Origin: Opitutales bacterium
GTDB taxonomy: Bacteria > Verrucomicrobiota > Verrucomicrobiia > Opitutales > UBA2987
Assembly (NCBI GenBank): GCA_021772515.1
Contig: JAJFLU010000045.1
Location: forward strand, 197,684-261,683
Length of the DNA stretch: 64,000 bases
Direction of reading: 5' to 3'
A program made the position numbers and the translations under genes. The notes beneath the pieces are model-generated. The model did no database searches and had not been told where the DNA came from. It saw only the letters and a list, made by a program, of their open reading frames with translations. The stretch's first letter is position 1. The number at the start of each line of letters is the position of its first letter. Shown here one piece after another: positions 44,626-55,434 of this stretch.

Positions 44626-47600
44626 TTAAAATTTAAGCTTTATCCCAGTCTGCAATGACCAGCGGGAGTCGCGTACTTGATCCGAACTACCCGGAGCACT
44701 GCTGAATTCGTATTGGAATTGGCCGCTACCAGAAACTTCACCTCCACTGATGGTAGAAGTCTGGAAGGAAACTCGATCAATAATGCCAGCTTTGTCATTG
44801 AAAAAATTCATGAAATTGATAAAATCAATAAAAACTTCCGCTTTCAATCGACCACGAACGGGGATTTCTTGAGCAACATGCATGTCGAAACGATGTATCC
44901 ACTTGCTATTAAATGCATTGCGCGGTGCATTAGTACCTGCGAATTTATTAAGCCCGCTACTGTCGAGGAAGGCGAAAAATGCAGTGGTTTCGGCATCCGT
45001 CATACGACTGAAGTCGGCCAAAGGATCAGTCATGCCTGTTGGCACATAAAGTAGATCGTTGGGAAAGGAATCATCATCGCCATTGACATCATCTCCAAAA
45101 AGATAACTGAATGGCCGCCCGGAGCGACCCTCGTAAACAATCTGTACGGTCGTCTTGTACTCTTTGAGCAGTTCGAAATCAATACCAGCTACAGCCAAAA
45201 TGCGGTGTTTGATCTCATTCCTGGCGGTGGATGATTCAAAAGCATTTTGGTTAAATTTCACCGTATCTGCAAAATTGGATTTGGCTGTTGAGCTACCCTG
45301 GCGACTGACATCATTGGCATCTTGAAGGGTGTAGGATACATTAAAGAACCAGTGATCCTTGACAGGGCGGCGAAAAATAAAGTTCAGGTTGGTCGATTTT
45401 CCTACGCTTCCCGTATTGACCAGCATAAATACATTATCAAATCCAGCCACGTTACCTCGATCACGATCTGGGGCTCCGTTAAATACGGTTCGACCATCAG
45501 GGGCAGTTCCCACTTCCAGGAGGTTGAGGTCGATGGTTCCAAGACCCTGATTTATCCAGGTTTGCAGCCACTCGAATGTGAACTCCATACCGCCAAGCCA
45601 GGGGAGCTTACGATCGATGGCGAAATTCGCTTTCCAGGCAGAGGGCATTTCCAAATTGTCGGCTAGTAGGTCAAGCCTTTGATCTCCTGTGTCAGGAGCA
45701 GATGTAAGGTCGAGGAATACCACCGGATTATTAGGGTCAAAATTTTCTACAGGATTCCCCCCGGGCACATTTCCGGCAATGTAATCCTCCGAGGTATAGC
45801 TTGGGCTTCCATCAAAGAAACTCCTGGTTGTGACACCATTATTACTATATACATTGGAAAGCCACACACCTGGATTTCTACCCTGAAAGAGCCCAAACCC
45901 ACCCCTGATTTGCGTCTTTCTGTCAGAATCCACAGCGTAATTGAAGGAGAAGCGTGGCGCGAAAAGGTCTGCCCCTTCCAGAGTGTTGGTGTTGGTAGCG
46001 GGAACTGCGAATCCCGAAACACTGCCAAGACTGCCAAACCCAGCCGCATAATCAGAATTTTCCGTCGGCGGAGTATCCGTGGAAAATGTATCGTAGCGAA
46101 GCCCAAAGTTAACGATTAGGCGATCACTCACATCCCAGCGGTCCTGAAGAAAAAATCCGAGGACGGTAAAATCTGACTCCGCCGCAATGGGAAGCCCCTG
46201 GATGCCAGTTTGGCGAACAATGAAATCAAGCTCGTCATTACGGAAGCCTTCAATTCCTTGAAATTCAAGTTCTCCGTAGGTTTCCTGGAGGAAGAGATTA
46301 TTAAACTTGGTTTCTTCCCAGTCAAATCCCGTCGTAATTGTGTGACTGCCTCCAACGGTGATATCGACCGAAAAAGAGGCGTTTTTTACATCAGTATCCA
46401 AGAAATTGGATTGGCGGGAATCGTCCGCGCCCCAGAATAATTCCCCCCTTGTTGTAGGAGATCCATTTGGCTGGGTTCCAGGGAAATCGTCAATTCGAAA
46501 CTCAGGAAAAACATTCGGGTTCTCCGGATCTGTTTGGAATCGACTGACACCGAACCTAAACTCAGAGCGGATATTGGGAGTCCAGCGGGCAAACCATTGC
46601 CCTACCCAGGCATCATTTATAAAAGTGGTGTCAAAAAACACCGAGGAAAAAGCGGTTTCTGGTGAGAAATTGCTGGAGTCATCAAAATCGGCAACACTGG
46701 GAGAAACGCCTTCAGTATTGTTCCAGCGCAAGCTTAGGCGATGCTTTTCATTAACATTCCAGTCAATTTTTACCGTAATTTTTTCATCACTATTCAGGGT
46801 TGAGGAAAGCCCCCCGAAAGTCCCAGGGTCAAATCCATATCTGGAATTAATTGTATTACGAACCTCCTCCAGCAAAACCGGATCTGGGAAAAATCCCGGA
46901 TTCGACGGCTGCGAGATGCGCTCAAACTCTTCATAACTGACAAAGAAAAAGAGCTTATCCTTAATAATGGGACCGCTTAGGGTGAGCCCCCAAGTGGTTT
47001 CTTCAAATTGTGGTTCTACTCCGGTATTCACATTCTCACCGCGGTTGTCATCGTTTAGTTTAATGTAGAGGGCTGATCCGTGAAAGGTGTTGGTGCCACT
47101 CTTGGTTACAGCATTGATAGAACCACCGGTAAATCCTGATTGACGAACATCATAGGGGGCTACCTCGATAGAAATTTCTTCCAGAGCATCAATGCTTACG
47201 GGATTTCCCAGAGATGGAAGGCCGTCTGAACTTAAACCGAATTGGTCATTCATTTTTACACCGTCCACCTGGATGGAATTGTATTTCGCGTTCTGCCCAG
47301 CCACACTCAGGGCTCCAAATCCTGTTTCCGATGTGTTACCAACCAATACTGCGTTGGGGTCGAATCGGGCAAAATCATTCAGGGACCGGTTTATTTGTGG
47401 GCGAGTACTAAGAGCTTCTTGGTTGAGAATTGTTCCCACACCGGTTTTATCGGGATTGAAAAGTGGGTCATTGATGCCGATAACCTCAAATTCATCCAGT
47501 TCAACGACTTCACCGCTTGAATCGGGCATTTCAAAACTGACGTTGGCTGTTTTGGATAGCTCGATATAGATATTGTTTTGAACAGTGGTGCGGTAGAGAT

Positions 47601-47880
47601 TGGAAGATACGGTTACGGAGTAAGGGCCGCCGATTCTTAATCCGCGCACATTGTATCGGCCTGTATTACCGGTGGTCACTCTGTCGATAGTGCCGGTGGG
47701 AACGTGGACGATGGTCACATTAGCTCCGCTGATGGCGCTTCCTGATGAATCCAGCACGGTGCCCGTAATGCCGGAGGTGGTTAAGCCCTGCCCAAACAGG
47801 GATGTTTGCAGCCCGAACAAGCATGTTATTGCGAAGAGGGCTATCGAGGGGATCTTGAGATAATTTTTCATAGTTTGCAT
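44626..47880 (-). CDS. TonB-dependent outer-membrane receptor with an N-terminal carboxypeptidase-regulatory-like domain
   Basis: Signal peptide; 'ITGTVLDSSGSAISGANVTIVHVPTGT...TGRYNVRGLRIGGPYSVTVS'; plug 'GALSVAGQNAKYNSIQVDGVKMND'; long beta-barrel ending in 'SLQTGIKLKF'. Confidence 0.9.
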   Translation of the reverse strand: MQTMKNYLKIPSIALFAITCLFGLQTSLFGQGLTTSGITGTVLDSSGSAISGANVTIVHVPTGTIDRVTTGNTGRYNVRGLRIGGPYSVTVSSNLYRTTVQNNIYIELSKTANVSFEMPDSSGEVVELDEFEVIGINDPLFNPDKTGVGTILNQEALSTRPQINRSLNDFARFDPNAVLVGNTSETGFGALSVAGQNAKYNSIQVDGVKMNDQFGLSSDGLPSLGNPVSIDALEEISIEVAPYDVRQSGFTGGSINAVTKSGTNTFHGSALYIKLNDDNRGENVNTGVEPQFEETTWGLTLSGPIIKDKLFFFVSYEEFERISQPSNPGFFPDPVLLEEVRNTINSRYGFDPGTFGGLSSTLNSDEKITVKIDWNVNEKHRLSLRWNNTEGVSPSVADFDDSSNFSPETAFSSVFFDTTFINDAWVGQWFARWTPNIRSEFRFGVSRFQTDPENPNVFPEFRIDDFPGTQPNGSPTTRGELFWGADDSRQSNFLDTDVKNASFSVDITVGGSHTITTGFDWEETKFNNLFLQETYGELEFQGIEGFRNDELDFIVRQTGIQGLPIAAESDFTVLGFFLQDRWDVSDRLIVNFGLRYDTFSTDTPPTENSDYAAGFGSLGSVSGFAVPATNTNTLEGADLFAPRFSFNYAVDSDRKTQIRGGFGLFQGRNPGVWLSNVYSNNGVTTRSFFDGSPSYTSEDYIAGNVPGGNPVENFDPNNPVVFLDLTSAPDTGDQRLDLLADNLEMPSAWKANFAIDRKLPWLGGMEFTFEWLQTWINQGLGTIDLNLLEVGTAPDGRTVFNGAPDRDRGNVAGFDNVFMLVNTGSVGKSTNLNFIFRRPVKDHWFFNVSYTLQDANDVSRQGSSTAKSNFADTVKFNQNAFESSTARNEIKHRILAVAGIDFELLKEYKTTVQIVYEGRSGRPFSYLFGDDVNGDDDSFPNDLLYVPTGMTDPLADFSRMTDAETTAFFAFLDSSGLNKFAGTNAPRNAFNSKWIHRFDMHVAQEIPVRGRLKAEVFIDFINFMNFFNDKAGIIDRVSFQTSTISGGEVSGSGQFQYEFSSAPGSSDQVRDSRWSLQTGIKLKF

Positions 47881-48470
47881 GAGGTTATTTCCAGTTAAGG
47901 CAATTGAATGGTGTTCTCTGTTATTTTATTAGTTGTGGGTTTGATTTCTAAACATGGGAAATTTTATAGCGCGACATGGTAAATGTTAATCAAAAATTTA
48001 TGTGCTCTTAACATTAAAAATGAGATAACTACCCGATTTATGAGTAAAAACGACTTTCATTTGCCAATCGTGAGGGATGCCACGGCTGTGAGGGCCGGGT
48101 ATTGTCCTTGCAACTGTAAGACTTTGCAGTATAAAGCCTTAACGAGTAAATTTGGAGAGGTTTGATGGGCGCGGGGTTGGCTTATGTTTAGATATTTTTC
48201 AAATATCATTAAGATAATATTAAGAAACCTAAGACAAACGTGAGGTTTTTCAACATTTTTTTACAAATCATTTCATAAAAATACCATTTCTTTTTAAAAA
48301 TAGTACAATTGCTGTGTTAGAATTCGGTTAATCTTGAAAAAAACCGCCTATATCACGGATAAGTATCAGCAAAGAAGACGCGCGTATAGGAATCTGACCG
48401 CACTATATAGATAGACCACATTCCGGCTTCGAAAGATGAATTGGGATGGAATCCTATTGCTCTGGGTTAG

Positions 48471-48908
48471 TCAGTCCTTTTGCACACTGAATCTTCCGGG
48501 TCCCATGAACATGATGCTGAGAAAGACAAACGCGAGGGAAAGCGGATTTGAGATATAGAAATTGAAATTTTCGAGGGCGCTCAAGCCTTTCTCCGGTTCC
48601 GCTATATAATGGGCGGAGGCTACGATCATTGTGCAAATGAGAAAAAAACAGGCCGGGCGCACGAGAAAACCGACTATGAGCAGGAGTCCGCCCACAACTT
48701 CGGAAAAAGCCGCCATAAATCCCCAAAAAACAGGCCAAAAGGTTATGCCAAATATGGCCATTTGAGAGCCGAGCCACTCCATTTGCTTGCTCCCTCCGAG
48801 GAATTTGGGCACGCCGTGAACAATCATTAATACTCCAATCGAGATCCGCAATATTAGCAGACCAAAGTCACGGGCCATGAAAAAATTTTTCACCGAATTT
48901 AGATTCAT
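48471..48908 (-). CDS. DoxX-family membrane protein
   Basis: 'FGLLILRISIGVLMIVHGVPKF' with 4 TM helices; 145 aa. Confidence 0.85.
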   Translation of the reverse strand: MNLNSVKNFFMARDFGLLILRISIGVLMIVHGVPKFLGGSKQMEWLGSQMAIFGITFWPVFWGFMAAFSEVVGGLLLIVGFLVRPACFFLICTMIVASAHYIAEPEKGLSALENFNFYISNPLSLAFVFLSIMFMGPGRFSVQKD

Positions 48909-49033
48909 AATCGAAAACTAAAAGGGATTCGCCCGAAATCAAGGATGAATAATGATGGGAGCATCAGTCTTGAAATTCTCAACCCTGCGGATTATTCTCC
49001 AGAATTGCCAACTTCTCGTTTGCTGGCATAGTG

Positions 49034-49363
49034 ATGGAGCGATTTATTGTGAAAAGTTTGCGTAAAAAAGGTAATTTTGAATGCCCCAACTGCGGCGCTG
49101 TGGTTCGCAGGGGCGCATTGGCATGTCCAGAATGTGGTTCAGATGAAAGAACCGGCTGGAACTCGGAAGGCGATGGAGATTCGGGGGATTTTCCGACCGG
49201 ATACGGGAAGGATGCGGATTTTAACTATGAGGAGTTTGTGCGGCGGGAATTCCGAGGCCAAGGCCATGCCGACGGAAGCCCAACCTTATTGACGAAAAAA
49301 AATATGATCGCTGCGGTATCTATCACGCTGGCCGTTGCATTGATTTGGCTTTGGGTTTTTTAA
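49034..49363 (+). CDS. Zinc-ribbon protein with a C-terminal TM anchor
   Basis: 'CPNCGAVVRRGALACPECGS' and a C-terminal 'MIAAVSITLAVALIWLWVF'. Confidence 0.55.
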   Translation: MERFIVKSLRKKGNFECPNCGAVVRRGALACPECGSDERTGWNSEGDGDSGDFPTGYGKDADFNYEEFVRREFRGQGHADGSPTLLTKKNMIAAVSITLAVALIWLWVF

Positions 49364-49508
49364 GATAGACCGCCCGTCTTGGGACAAAAGGTTTAACCAA
49401 TTGACCCTATGAAATAAATATGCCTGATTTCGATCCAATATATATTAATATAAAAGAATTTTCTCTTGCTGAGGATGATCAGATTTTTAAGCCACAACCT
49501 AATCCATT

Positions 49509-51128
49509 ATGCTGATTCTCATTCTACTTTCGAGCTGCCTGATTTGCCTCGCAGCCTATAAATTTTATGGGGATTTTCTGGTTCGCCGATGCGGTTTGGA
49601 TGATTCGATAGAAACGCCCGCCTGCACACTCAAGGATGGAGTGGACTATGTTCCGACGCGCTCGGCGGTTCTTTTTGGGCATCACTTTTCTTCCATCGCA
49701 GGCGCGGGGCCGATTGTGGGTCCGATATTGGCCGGGATGTATTTTGGTTGGGGCCCTACCCTGCTCTGGATATTGGTGGGGTCGATATTTGTCGGGGGGA
49801 TTCATGATTTCGGCAGCACATTCATGTCAATTCGCAGCAGAGGTCGCTCGATCGTCGAAACTACCCGCAACCTGGTGGGCGAAGGCACTGGCAGACTTTT
49901 CATGATTTTCGTCATACTCGCCTTGATTTATGTGATTATTGTTTTCCTCGATCTGACAGCAGTAACCTTTACGACACAACCCGCCGTGGCCACCTCATCC
50001 GGGTGGTTTGTGGCCATAGCCCTGATATTTGGATTTGTTTTGGCGCGCACAAAATTATCCTTTAGAGCGTCGGTATTGATTTTTGTCCCGCTGACTTTTC
50101 TGGGCCTTTGGATCGGGCATATTTTTCCGGCTCCGAATCTGGATAAAAATTTCTGGATACTCCTGATCCTGACCTATTGTTTCATCGCCGCTATTCTTCC
50201 GGTGCAGGTGCTTTTGCAACCGAGGGATTTTCTAAGTTCGACCTTTCTTTATGCCATGCTGGCAGTTGGTGGGATCGGTCTTTTTATGGCCAATGCGCCC
50301 ATTGAGATCGAGTTTTACAAGGAATGGGATAGTGAGAAAATCGGGATGCTCATGCCCTTTCTATTTATCACCGTAGCCTGCGGTGCCTGTAGTGGGTTTC
50401 ACAGTATGGTGGCCAGCGGCACGACATCGAAACAAATCCGGGTCGAGACCGATATAAAAAAGATCAGTTACGGCGGAATGTTGGTGGAGGGCGTTTTGGC
50501 CACATTTTCCCTGGCCTGTATAGCGGTGCTTAGTTCCTCTGCGACAGAGGGCGCTTCGCCCGTGATAATTTTTGCCCAAGGTTCAGCTGTATTTCTGGGC
50601 GCATTGGGTATTCCAGAGAGTCTTTCGATGGAGTTCACTCTGCTTGCCGTAAGTACATTCTTGCTCACGACATTGGATACCTGCACACGCCTTACCCGGT
50701 TTCTGGTCGAAGAATTGCTCAACCTGAAAAACAAATACAGCCGTTACTTGGGAACGTTGAGCGTTCTCATTATTCCGGGTATATTCGCGTTTCAAACATT
50801 TGATGGTGAACCGGCCTGGAAGGCAATTTGGCCGCTATTTGGCGCCACCAATCAATTACTCGCGGCCCTCGCTCTGGTCACATTCGTGGTATTTCTCAAA
50901 GCCCGCCGTATCCGCTACGGTTTCGCACTGATTCCAGCGATTTTAATGGTGATTATGCCACTGACCGCCCTAGTGATGATGGTCAACAGATACGGACCCC
51001 TTTCGATGCTGGGATCCATTTCTCTGGGCATGCTGCTGCTCGGGATTTTTGTGGTCGTGATGTCGGCCCGATTCGTATTCAGGCGAGGCCCCGCCGACCT
51101 TGCGGAAATTGTCGAATCAGGGAGTTGA
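49509..51128 (+). CDS. cstA: Carbon starvation protein A family transporter
   Basis: '[28 protein letters not shown]', '[20 protein letters not shown]' and many TM helices. Confidence 0.9.
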   Translation: MLILILLSSCLICLAAYKFYGDFLVRRCGLDDSIETPACTLKDGVDYVPTRSAVLFGHHFSSIAGAGPIVGPILAGMYFGWGPTLLWILVGSIFVGGIHDFGSTFMSIRSRGRSIVETTRNLVGEGTGRLFMIFVILALIYVIIVFLDLTAVTFTTQPAVATSSGWFVAIALIFGFVLARTKLSFRASVLIFVPLTFLGLWIGHIFPAPNLDKNFWILLILTYCFIAAILPVQVLLQPRDFLSSTFLYAMLAVGGIGLFMANAPIEIEFYKEWDSEKIGMLMPFLFITVACGACSGFHSMVASGTTSKQIRVETDIKKISYGGMLVEGVLATFSLACIAVLSSSATEGASPVIIFAQGSAVFLGALGIPESLSMEFTLLAVSTFLLTTLDTCTRLTRFLVEELLNLKNKYSRYLGTLSVLIIPGIFAFQTFDGEPAWKAIWPLFGATNQLLAALALVTFVVFLKARRIRYGFALIPAILMVIMPLTALVMMVNRYGPLSMLGSISLGMLLLGIFVVVMSARFVFRRGPADLAEIVESGS

Positions 51129-51165
51129 CCAGCGAAAAAAGCGGAGGTCAAATTTTCTGACTTTA

Positions 51166-51528
51166 TTAGGTGCGCCCGACGTAGCGCTTTTCCTTGACCT
51201 TATTGGCCTTTTTACCGATTCGCTGCCGCATGTAATACATTCGCGCTCGCATGACGACACTTTCGCGGTCCACCTCGACTTTTTCGATATTTGGTGAATG
51301 GACGGGAAAGACACGTTCGACGCCTTCACCATAGGCAATTCGGCGAACGGTAAATGTTTCCTGAATTCCACCACCTTTGCGCGCAATGACGATACCGGCA
51401 AATACCTGGACGCGCTCTTTCTCGCCTTCGCGAACCTTGGTATGGACTGTCACGCCGTCCCCGACCTTGAAATGGCCGCGATCGTCCTTCAATTGTTCCT
51501 TGGTGATTTCGTGAAGTATCTGATTCAT
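51166..51528 (-). CDS. rplS: 50S ribosomal protein L19
   Basis: '[67 protein letters not shown]'. Confidence 0.95.
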   Translation of the reverse strand: MNQILHEITKEQLKDDRGHFKVGDGVTVHTKVREGEKERVQVFAGIVIARKGGGIQETFTVRRIAYGEGVERVFPVHSPNIEKVEVDRESVVMRARMYYMRQRIGKKANKVKEKRYVGRT

Positions 51529-52226
51529 GATTGGGGTTCTTTCTTATTTAATAAATCTGGTCTGCGGATACGCGTTTTTTCCAGGCTTCGCTCTTTTCGC
51601 CATTGTTCGATTTCTTCGTGATGACCGGACAAGAGCACTTCCGGAACACACATCCCGCGATACTCGGCTGGCCGTGTATATTGGGGAAAGGAGAGCAAGT
51701 TGTCGGCGAAGCTGTCCTGGGTCAAGGATTTTTCCTCACCTAAAACTTCCGGCACGTGACGGCATACGGAATCAATCAAAACGGCGGCCGCCAGAGTCCC
51801 GTTTGTAAGCACATAATCGCCGATGCTGACCTCGTAATCCACCAAGTTGTCCCGCACCCTCTGATCAATTCCTTCGTAATGTCCGCTGATGAGGATGAGG
51901 TGGCGTTTTTTAGCAGCCAACTGACGTGAAAATGACCGGTTGAGCGGCTCGCCGTCCGGAGTCAAAAAAATTACTGAACACTCGGGGGTGTGGAGATATT
52001 CGATTGCCTCAAAGAGAGGTTCCGGTTTGAGAAGCATTCCCGCACCACCACCGAAGGGCCGATCATCCGTGATATGGTGCTTATCGTTGGTCCAATCACG
52101 TAAATTGTGAACCTTGATATCGAGAATACCTCGCTCAATGCCGCGACCTATCATGCTCTCGGCCAAGAATCCGGACACCATACCCGGAAAAAGGGTGATC
52201 AAATCGATTTTCAGTGCGGCAGGCAT
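51525..52226 (-). CDS. trmD: tRNA (guanine37-N1)-methyltransferase
   Basis: '[10 protein letters not shown]', '[32 protein letters not shown]', '[13 protein letters not shown]', '[12 protein letters not shown]'. There is a 4-nt overlap with rplS. Confidence 0.95.
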   Translation of the reverse strand: MPAALKIDLITLFPGMVSGFLAESMIGRGIERGILDIKVHNLRDWTNDKHHITDDRPFGGGAGMLLKPEPLFEAIEYLHTPECSVIFLTPDGEPLNRSFSRQLAAKKRHLILISGHYEGIDQRVRDNLVDYEVSIGDYVLTNGTLAAAVLIDSVCRHVPEVLGEEKSLTQDSFADNLLSFPQYTRPAEYRGMCVPEVLLSGHHEEIEQWRKERSLEKTRIRRPDLLNKKEPQS

Positions 52227-52296
52227 AGCAGCAAGCGCATTTATGCGTCTTCAACTTGTCGACAAATATTTTGCCGAAATTAAAAAATTCCAGAAT

Positions 52297-52977
52297 CTAA
52301 GCCGTATCTTCAGTCTTTTCTTCGTCGGAGGCAGAATTTTCTGCATCTTCGGGGGCCGATTCCTCAACTGTTGTTGCTTCTTCGGCAACTGGAGCCTCAA
52401 CTTCTACCTCAACAGCCGCTTCGGGCTCGGATACTTCTTCCGCAGCTTCAGCTTCAACCACAGCCTCGGAGGATTCTACTTCTTCGGCCACCTCTTCGGT
52501 TTCGGTTTCTGCTGGCGCACTTTTTACAGCTTCCGAGGTTTCTTCGGGGGCTGAAGTAGATTCCGGTTCGGCTGGCGCTTCGGCTATTTCCTCAACGGCG
52601 GACTCTTCCACTTTCTCAACAGGAGCGGGAGCTTCCTCGGCTTTGACCTCTTCTTCAACAGGAGCAGAAACAGCGTTTTCTTCGGATTCATCGACCACAG
52701 GGGCAGGCTCCGGTTCCGGTTCGGCGCTTTGAGCAATACGGGCGTCACGGATGAGTGAGCGGGCCGTATCGGTTGGTTGTGCGCCGACGCCGAGCCAATA
52801 GTCCACGCGGTCTGATTTGAGCCGAAGCCTGTCTGCCGCCTTGGAGGCTTTGGGTGTAAAGGTGCCTAAAATTTCCACAAAGCGGCCATCTCGCGGAGCG
52901 CGGGAATCAGCCGCTACTACACGGTAAACCGGGGCGTGTTTCGCTCCACGGCGTTGTAAACGGATTTTAACTGCCAT
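52297..52977 (-). CDS. rpsP: 30S ribosomal protein S16 with a roughly 140-aa acidic low-complexity C-terminal extension
   Basis: N-terminus 'MAVKIRLQRRGAKHAPVYRVVAADSRAPRDGRFVEILGTFTP...VDYWLGVGAQPTDTARSLI' is S16. The remainder is E/A/V/P/S-rich. Confidence 0.9.
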   Translation of the reverse strand: MAVKIRLQRRGAKHAPVYRVVAADSRAPRDGRFVEILGTFTPKASKAADRLRLKSDRVDYWLGVGAQPTDTARSLIRDARIAQSAEPEPEPAPVVDESEENAVSAPVEEEVKAEEAPAPVEKVEESAVEEIAEAPAEPESTSAPEETSEAVKSAPAETETEEVAEEVESSEAVVEAEAAEEVSEPEAAVEVEVEAPVAEEATTVEESAPEDAENSASDEEKTEDTA

Positions 52978-53209
52978 TCAGGTAAATAGTTTGCTGGTTT
53001 TGATACCGAAATTCAAGAAAGGTGGAGAGGAAAGCGTGTCGTGGAAATCTTGTCAAGTCGCATAAGAAAATTATGGCCTTTTCCCAAACCCATGCCATTA
53101 AAGGCTCCCATGCACATTTTCGAGTCTCTTTTTCGCTCGGGGAATGATCAAAGATGATCAAGATTCTGCGACAGGGGTTCACATCTAAATTTCAAGGAGA
53201 AAAATTATT

Positions 53210-54313
53210 ATGCTATGCGCAGGCATTGTTGGGCTTCCCAATGTGGGGAAATCGACACTTTTTAACGCATTGACTCGTTCGCGAAAAGCGGATGCCGCCA
53301 ATTATCCGTTTTGTACCATCGAGCCGAATGTTGGGGTGGTTCAGGTGCCTGACAGCCGGCTGGAGCCTTTGGCAAAGATCGGTAAAACTACCACTCTTAT
53401 CCCGGCGGCTTTCGAGTTTGTCGATATTGCGGGACTGGTGGCGGGAGCGAGCGAGGGCGAGGGGCTTGGAAATCGATTCCTGTCTCATATTCGCGAGGTG
53501 GATGCCATCGTGCAGGTGGTTCGCTGTTTCGAGGACAAGGATGTGGTCCACCTCATGGGTGCCGTCGATCCCATCCGCGACATCGAAACAATCACCACCG
53601 AACTCATCCTCGCCGACCTGCAATCTGTGGATAATCAGCACAGAAAAAATACTAAAAAAGCCCGGGGCGGCGACAAGGAAGCGGAGGAAAGTTTGGCCCT
53701 TCTGGACCGCCTCCTGCCCCATCTCAATGAGATGAATCCGGCCAGCACGCTATCCCTTTCCGATGATGAGCGCGTAGTCCTCAACCGAGCCTGCCTTTTG
53801 TCCTCAAAACCCATTTTATACGCCTGCAATGTATCCGACGAAGATCTGGAGGATCCACACGCCAACCCTTTTGTAGCAAAAGTGGACCAATATGTGAAAG
53901 AGCGCCATAATGCGGGCACCTGTGTAATTTGCGGTAAACTGGAGGAGGATTTGGCCGAACTCAACGAGGAAGAAGCCCTCGAGTATTTGCGAGAAATCGG
54001 AGCGAAGGGATCGGGGGTTGATGAACTCATACGCGCCGCCTATGATCTGCTTGGTCTGGCCACATTTCTGACGGTGGGGGAAATGGAAGCCCGGGCCTGG
54101 CCTTTTCAGGAAGGCATGAAGGCGCCCCAATGCGCAGGGGTTATACACACCGATTTTGAAAAAGGATTTATCAAGGCTGAGGTGGTTTCCTATAAAGACC
54201 TCATAGCCGCCGGAAGTATCGCGGAGGCGCGCCAGGCGGGTAAATACAGGCTGGAAGGAAAAGATTACCTGTTCAAAGACGGTGACGTGGTCCTATTTCG
54301 TTTCAATGTGTAG
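53210..54313 (+). CDS. ychF: Redox-regulated ribosome-binding ATPase YchF
   Basis: '[18 protein letters not shown]', '[13 protein letters not shown]', '[22 protein letters not shown]' and a C-terminal TGS-like '[11 protein letters not shown]...[12 protein letters not shown]'. Confidence 0.95.
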   Translation: MLCAGIVGLPNVGKSTLFNALTRSRKADAANYPFCTIEPNVGVVQVPDSRLEPLAKIGKTTTLIPAAFEFVDIAGLVAGASEGEGLGNRFLSHIREVDAIVQVVRCFEDKDVVHLMGAVDPIRDIETITTELILADLQSVDNQHRKNTKKARGGDKEAEESLALLDRLLPHLNEMNPASTLSLSDDERVVLNRACLLSSKPILYACNVSDEDLEDPHANPFVAKVDQYVKERHNAGTCVICGKLEEDLAELNEEEALEYLREIGAKGSGVDELIRAAYDLLGLATFLTVGEMEARAWPFQEGMKAPQCAGVIHTDFEKGFIKAEVVSYKDLIAAGSIAEARQAGKYRLEGKDYLFKDGDVVLFRFNV

Positions 54314-54351
54314 GGGCAATTTTCCCCATGCCATCCTCTCCTCAGGCCACA

Positions 54352-55137
54352 TCAAGGGTACCATTTCAATAGGCGAACTTCGATATTCTTGTCTATACCG
54401 ACGATTTTCTTGAACTTCTCCACATCACTGAACGTTCCCTCCCGATTTCGGTAGTGGTAGGGATAGACGATTTTAGGTTTAAATTCGAGGACCGCGCTGG
54501 CCGCCTGCTCCACAGTCATGGTATATGGGGAATTCATACAGACAAAAGCGGCTTCGATATTTTCAAGCGCGCGCATTTCGGGAATATCTTCAGTGTCCCC
54601 TGAAATGTAAATCCGCTGGCCGCCCATTTCCAAAACGTAACCATTTCCACGCCCCTTGTTATGGTACCTGGAACGTTCGGGGGTCAGGTTATACATGGGA
54701 ATCGCCTTAATGGATATCCCATTGATGTATGTGGTTCTGTCGTTTGCCAAAATGCCGATGGGATCTTTAAATTTTTTAGGTTTCTTATTTGCAGCGGCCA
54801 AGGGCATGACAATCCGTGTTTTAGTGGATATAAGGTCACTTAAGGTATCCCAATTCAGGTGATCGCTGTGAATGTCTGTAATGAGAATAAGGTCCGGTTT
54901 TGGAAAATTTTGAAAAACCTCTCCTCCGCCGACAGGATCGACAAATAAGCTCTTGTTATCCCATTGAATTACCAAGGTAGCATGCTCGACCGGCGTAATG
55001 ACAATATCTCCACGTTCTGAAGTAATGATTCGCCCGTCCGAAACGGAACCATTATCAGAATCAGCAGCGTGGGCCGGTCCCAAGACGGCCAACGAGATAG
55101 CTACAGTTGAAATTTTTATGGCATTACGCATTATCAT
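54352..55137 (-). CDS. Secreted MBL-fold metallo-hydrolase
   Basis: Signal peptide 'ISTVAISLAVLGPAHA' and metal motif 'LILITDIHSDHLN'; a later 'ISGDTEDIPEM'. Confidence 0.8.
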   Translation of the reverse strand: MIMRNAIKISTVAISLAVLGPAHAADSDNGSVSDGRIITSERGDIVITPVEHATLVIQWDNKSLFVDPVGGGEVFQNFPKPDLILITDIHSDHLNWDTLSDLISTKTRIVMPLAAANKKPKKFKDPIGILANDRTTYINGISIKAIPMYNLTPERSRYHNKGRGNGYVLEMGGQRIYISGDTEDIPEMRALENIEAAFVCMNSPYTMTVEQAASAVLEFKPKIVYPYHYRNREGTFSDVEKFKKIVGIDKNIEVRLLKWYP

Positions 55138-55434
55138 CTACTCGTATAATAGGTTGAAAACCTCCGGATATTACCGGGAAATTAAATGGCCAGTGGATTT
55201 TTGTGAAGCATTTGAGGAAGTGCTTCGTGTAATTGATATCTGTTAGCATAAAATCATTTCATTGAAAAGGCGGAAAATTATTGAATTGATAAAAATGACG
55301 CGATGGTCCTCAATCCCCTGAAAATTATTGCACCTATACGACTTGACCCGTTTGGGTTTCGGTTTAGGTTATCTCAATTCCAAAAACTTGATTATACAAA
55401 CCGATGGCGAAAGGCGATTAGTAAAAATCACACC

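Noticed and set aside
47983-48165. 60-aa ORF in the long intergenic region upstream of the TonB-dependent receptor
   Set aside because: It is barely at the length threshold, lies in AT-rich DNA, has no recognisable motif or ribosome-binding context, and includes the GC-rich repeat patch. That patch is more plausibly regulatory.
48061-48180. Possible cobalamin or TPP riboswitch in the TonB-dependent receptor leader ('gccacgg' resembles a B12-box fragment)
   Set aside because: The fragment is on the wrong strand for the receptor gene. The rest of the B12-box and the conserved GGUG/AAUCC elements are absent, and no CUGAGA/ACCUGAUCUGGAUAAUGCC TPP core is present.
52114-52559. Plus-strand ORFs 52114-52554 (146 aa) and 52371-52559 (62 aa)
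   Set aside because: They mirror the acidic low-complexity tail of rpsP on the other strand, giving Phe/Gly/Leu/Pro-rich nonsense. This is an artefact of compositional bias.
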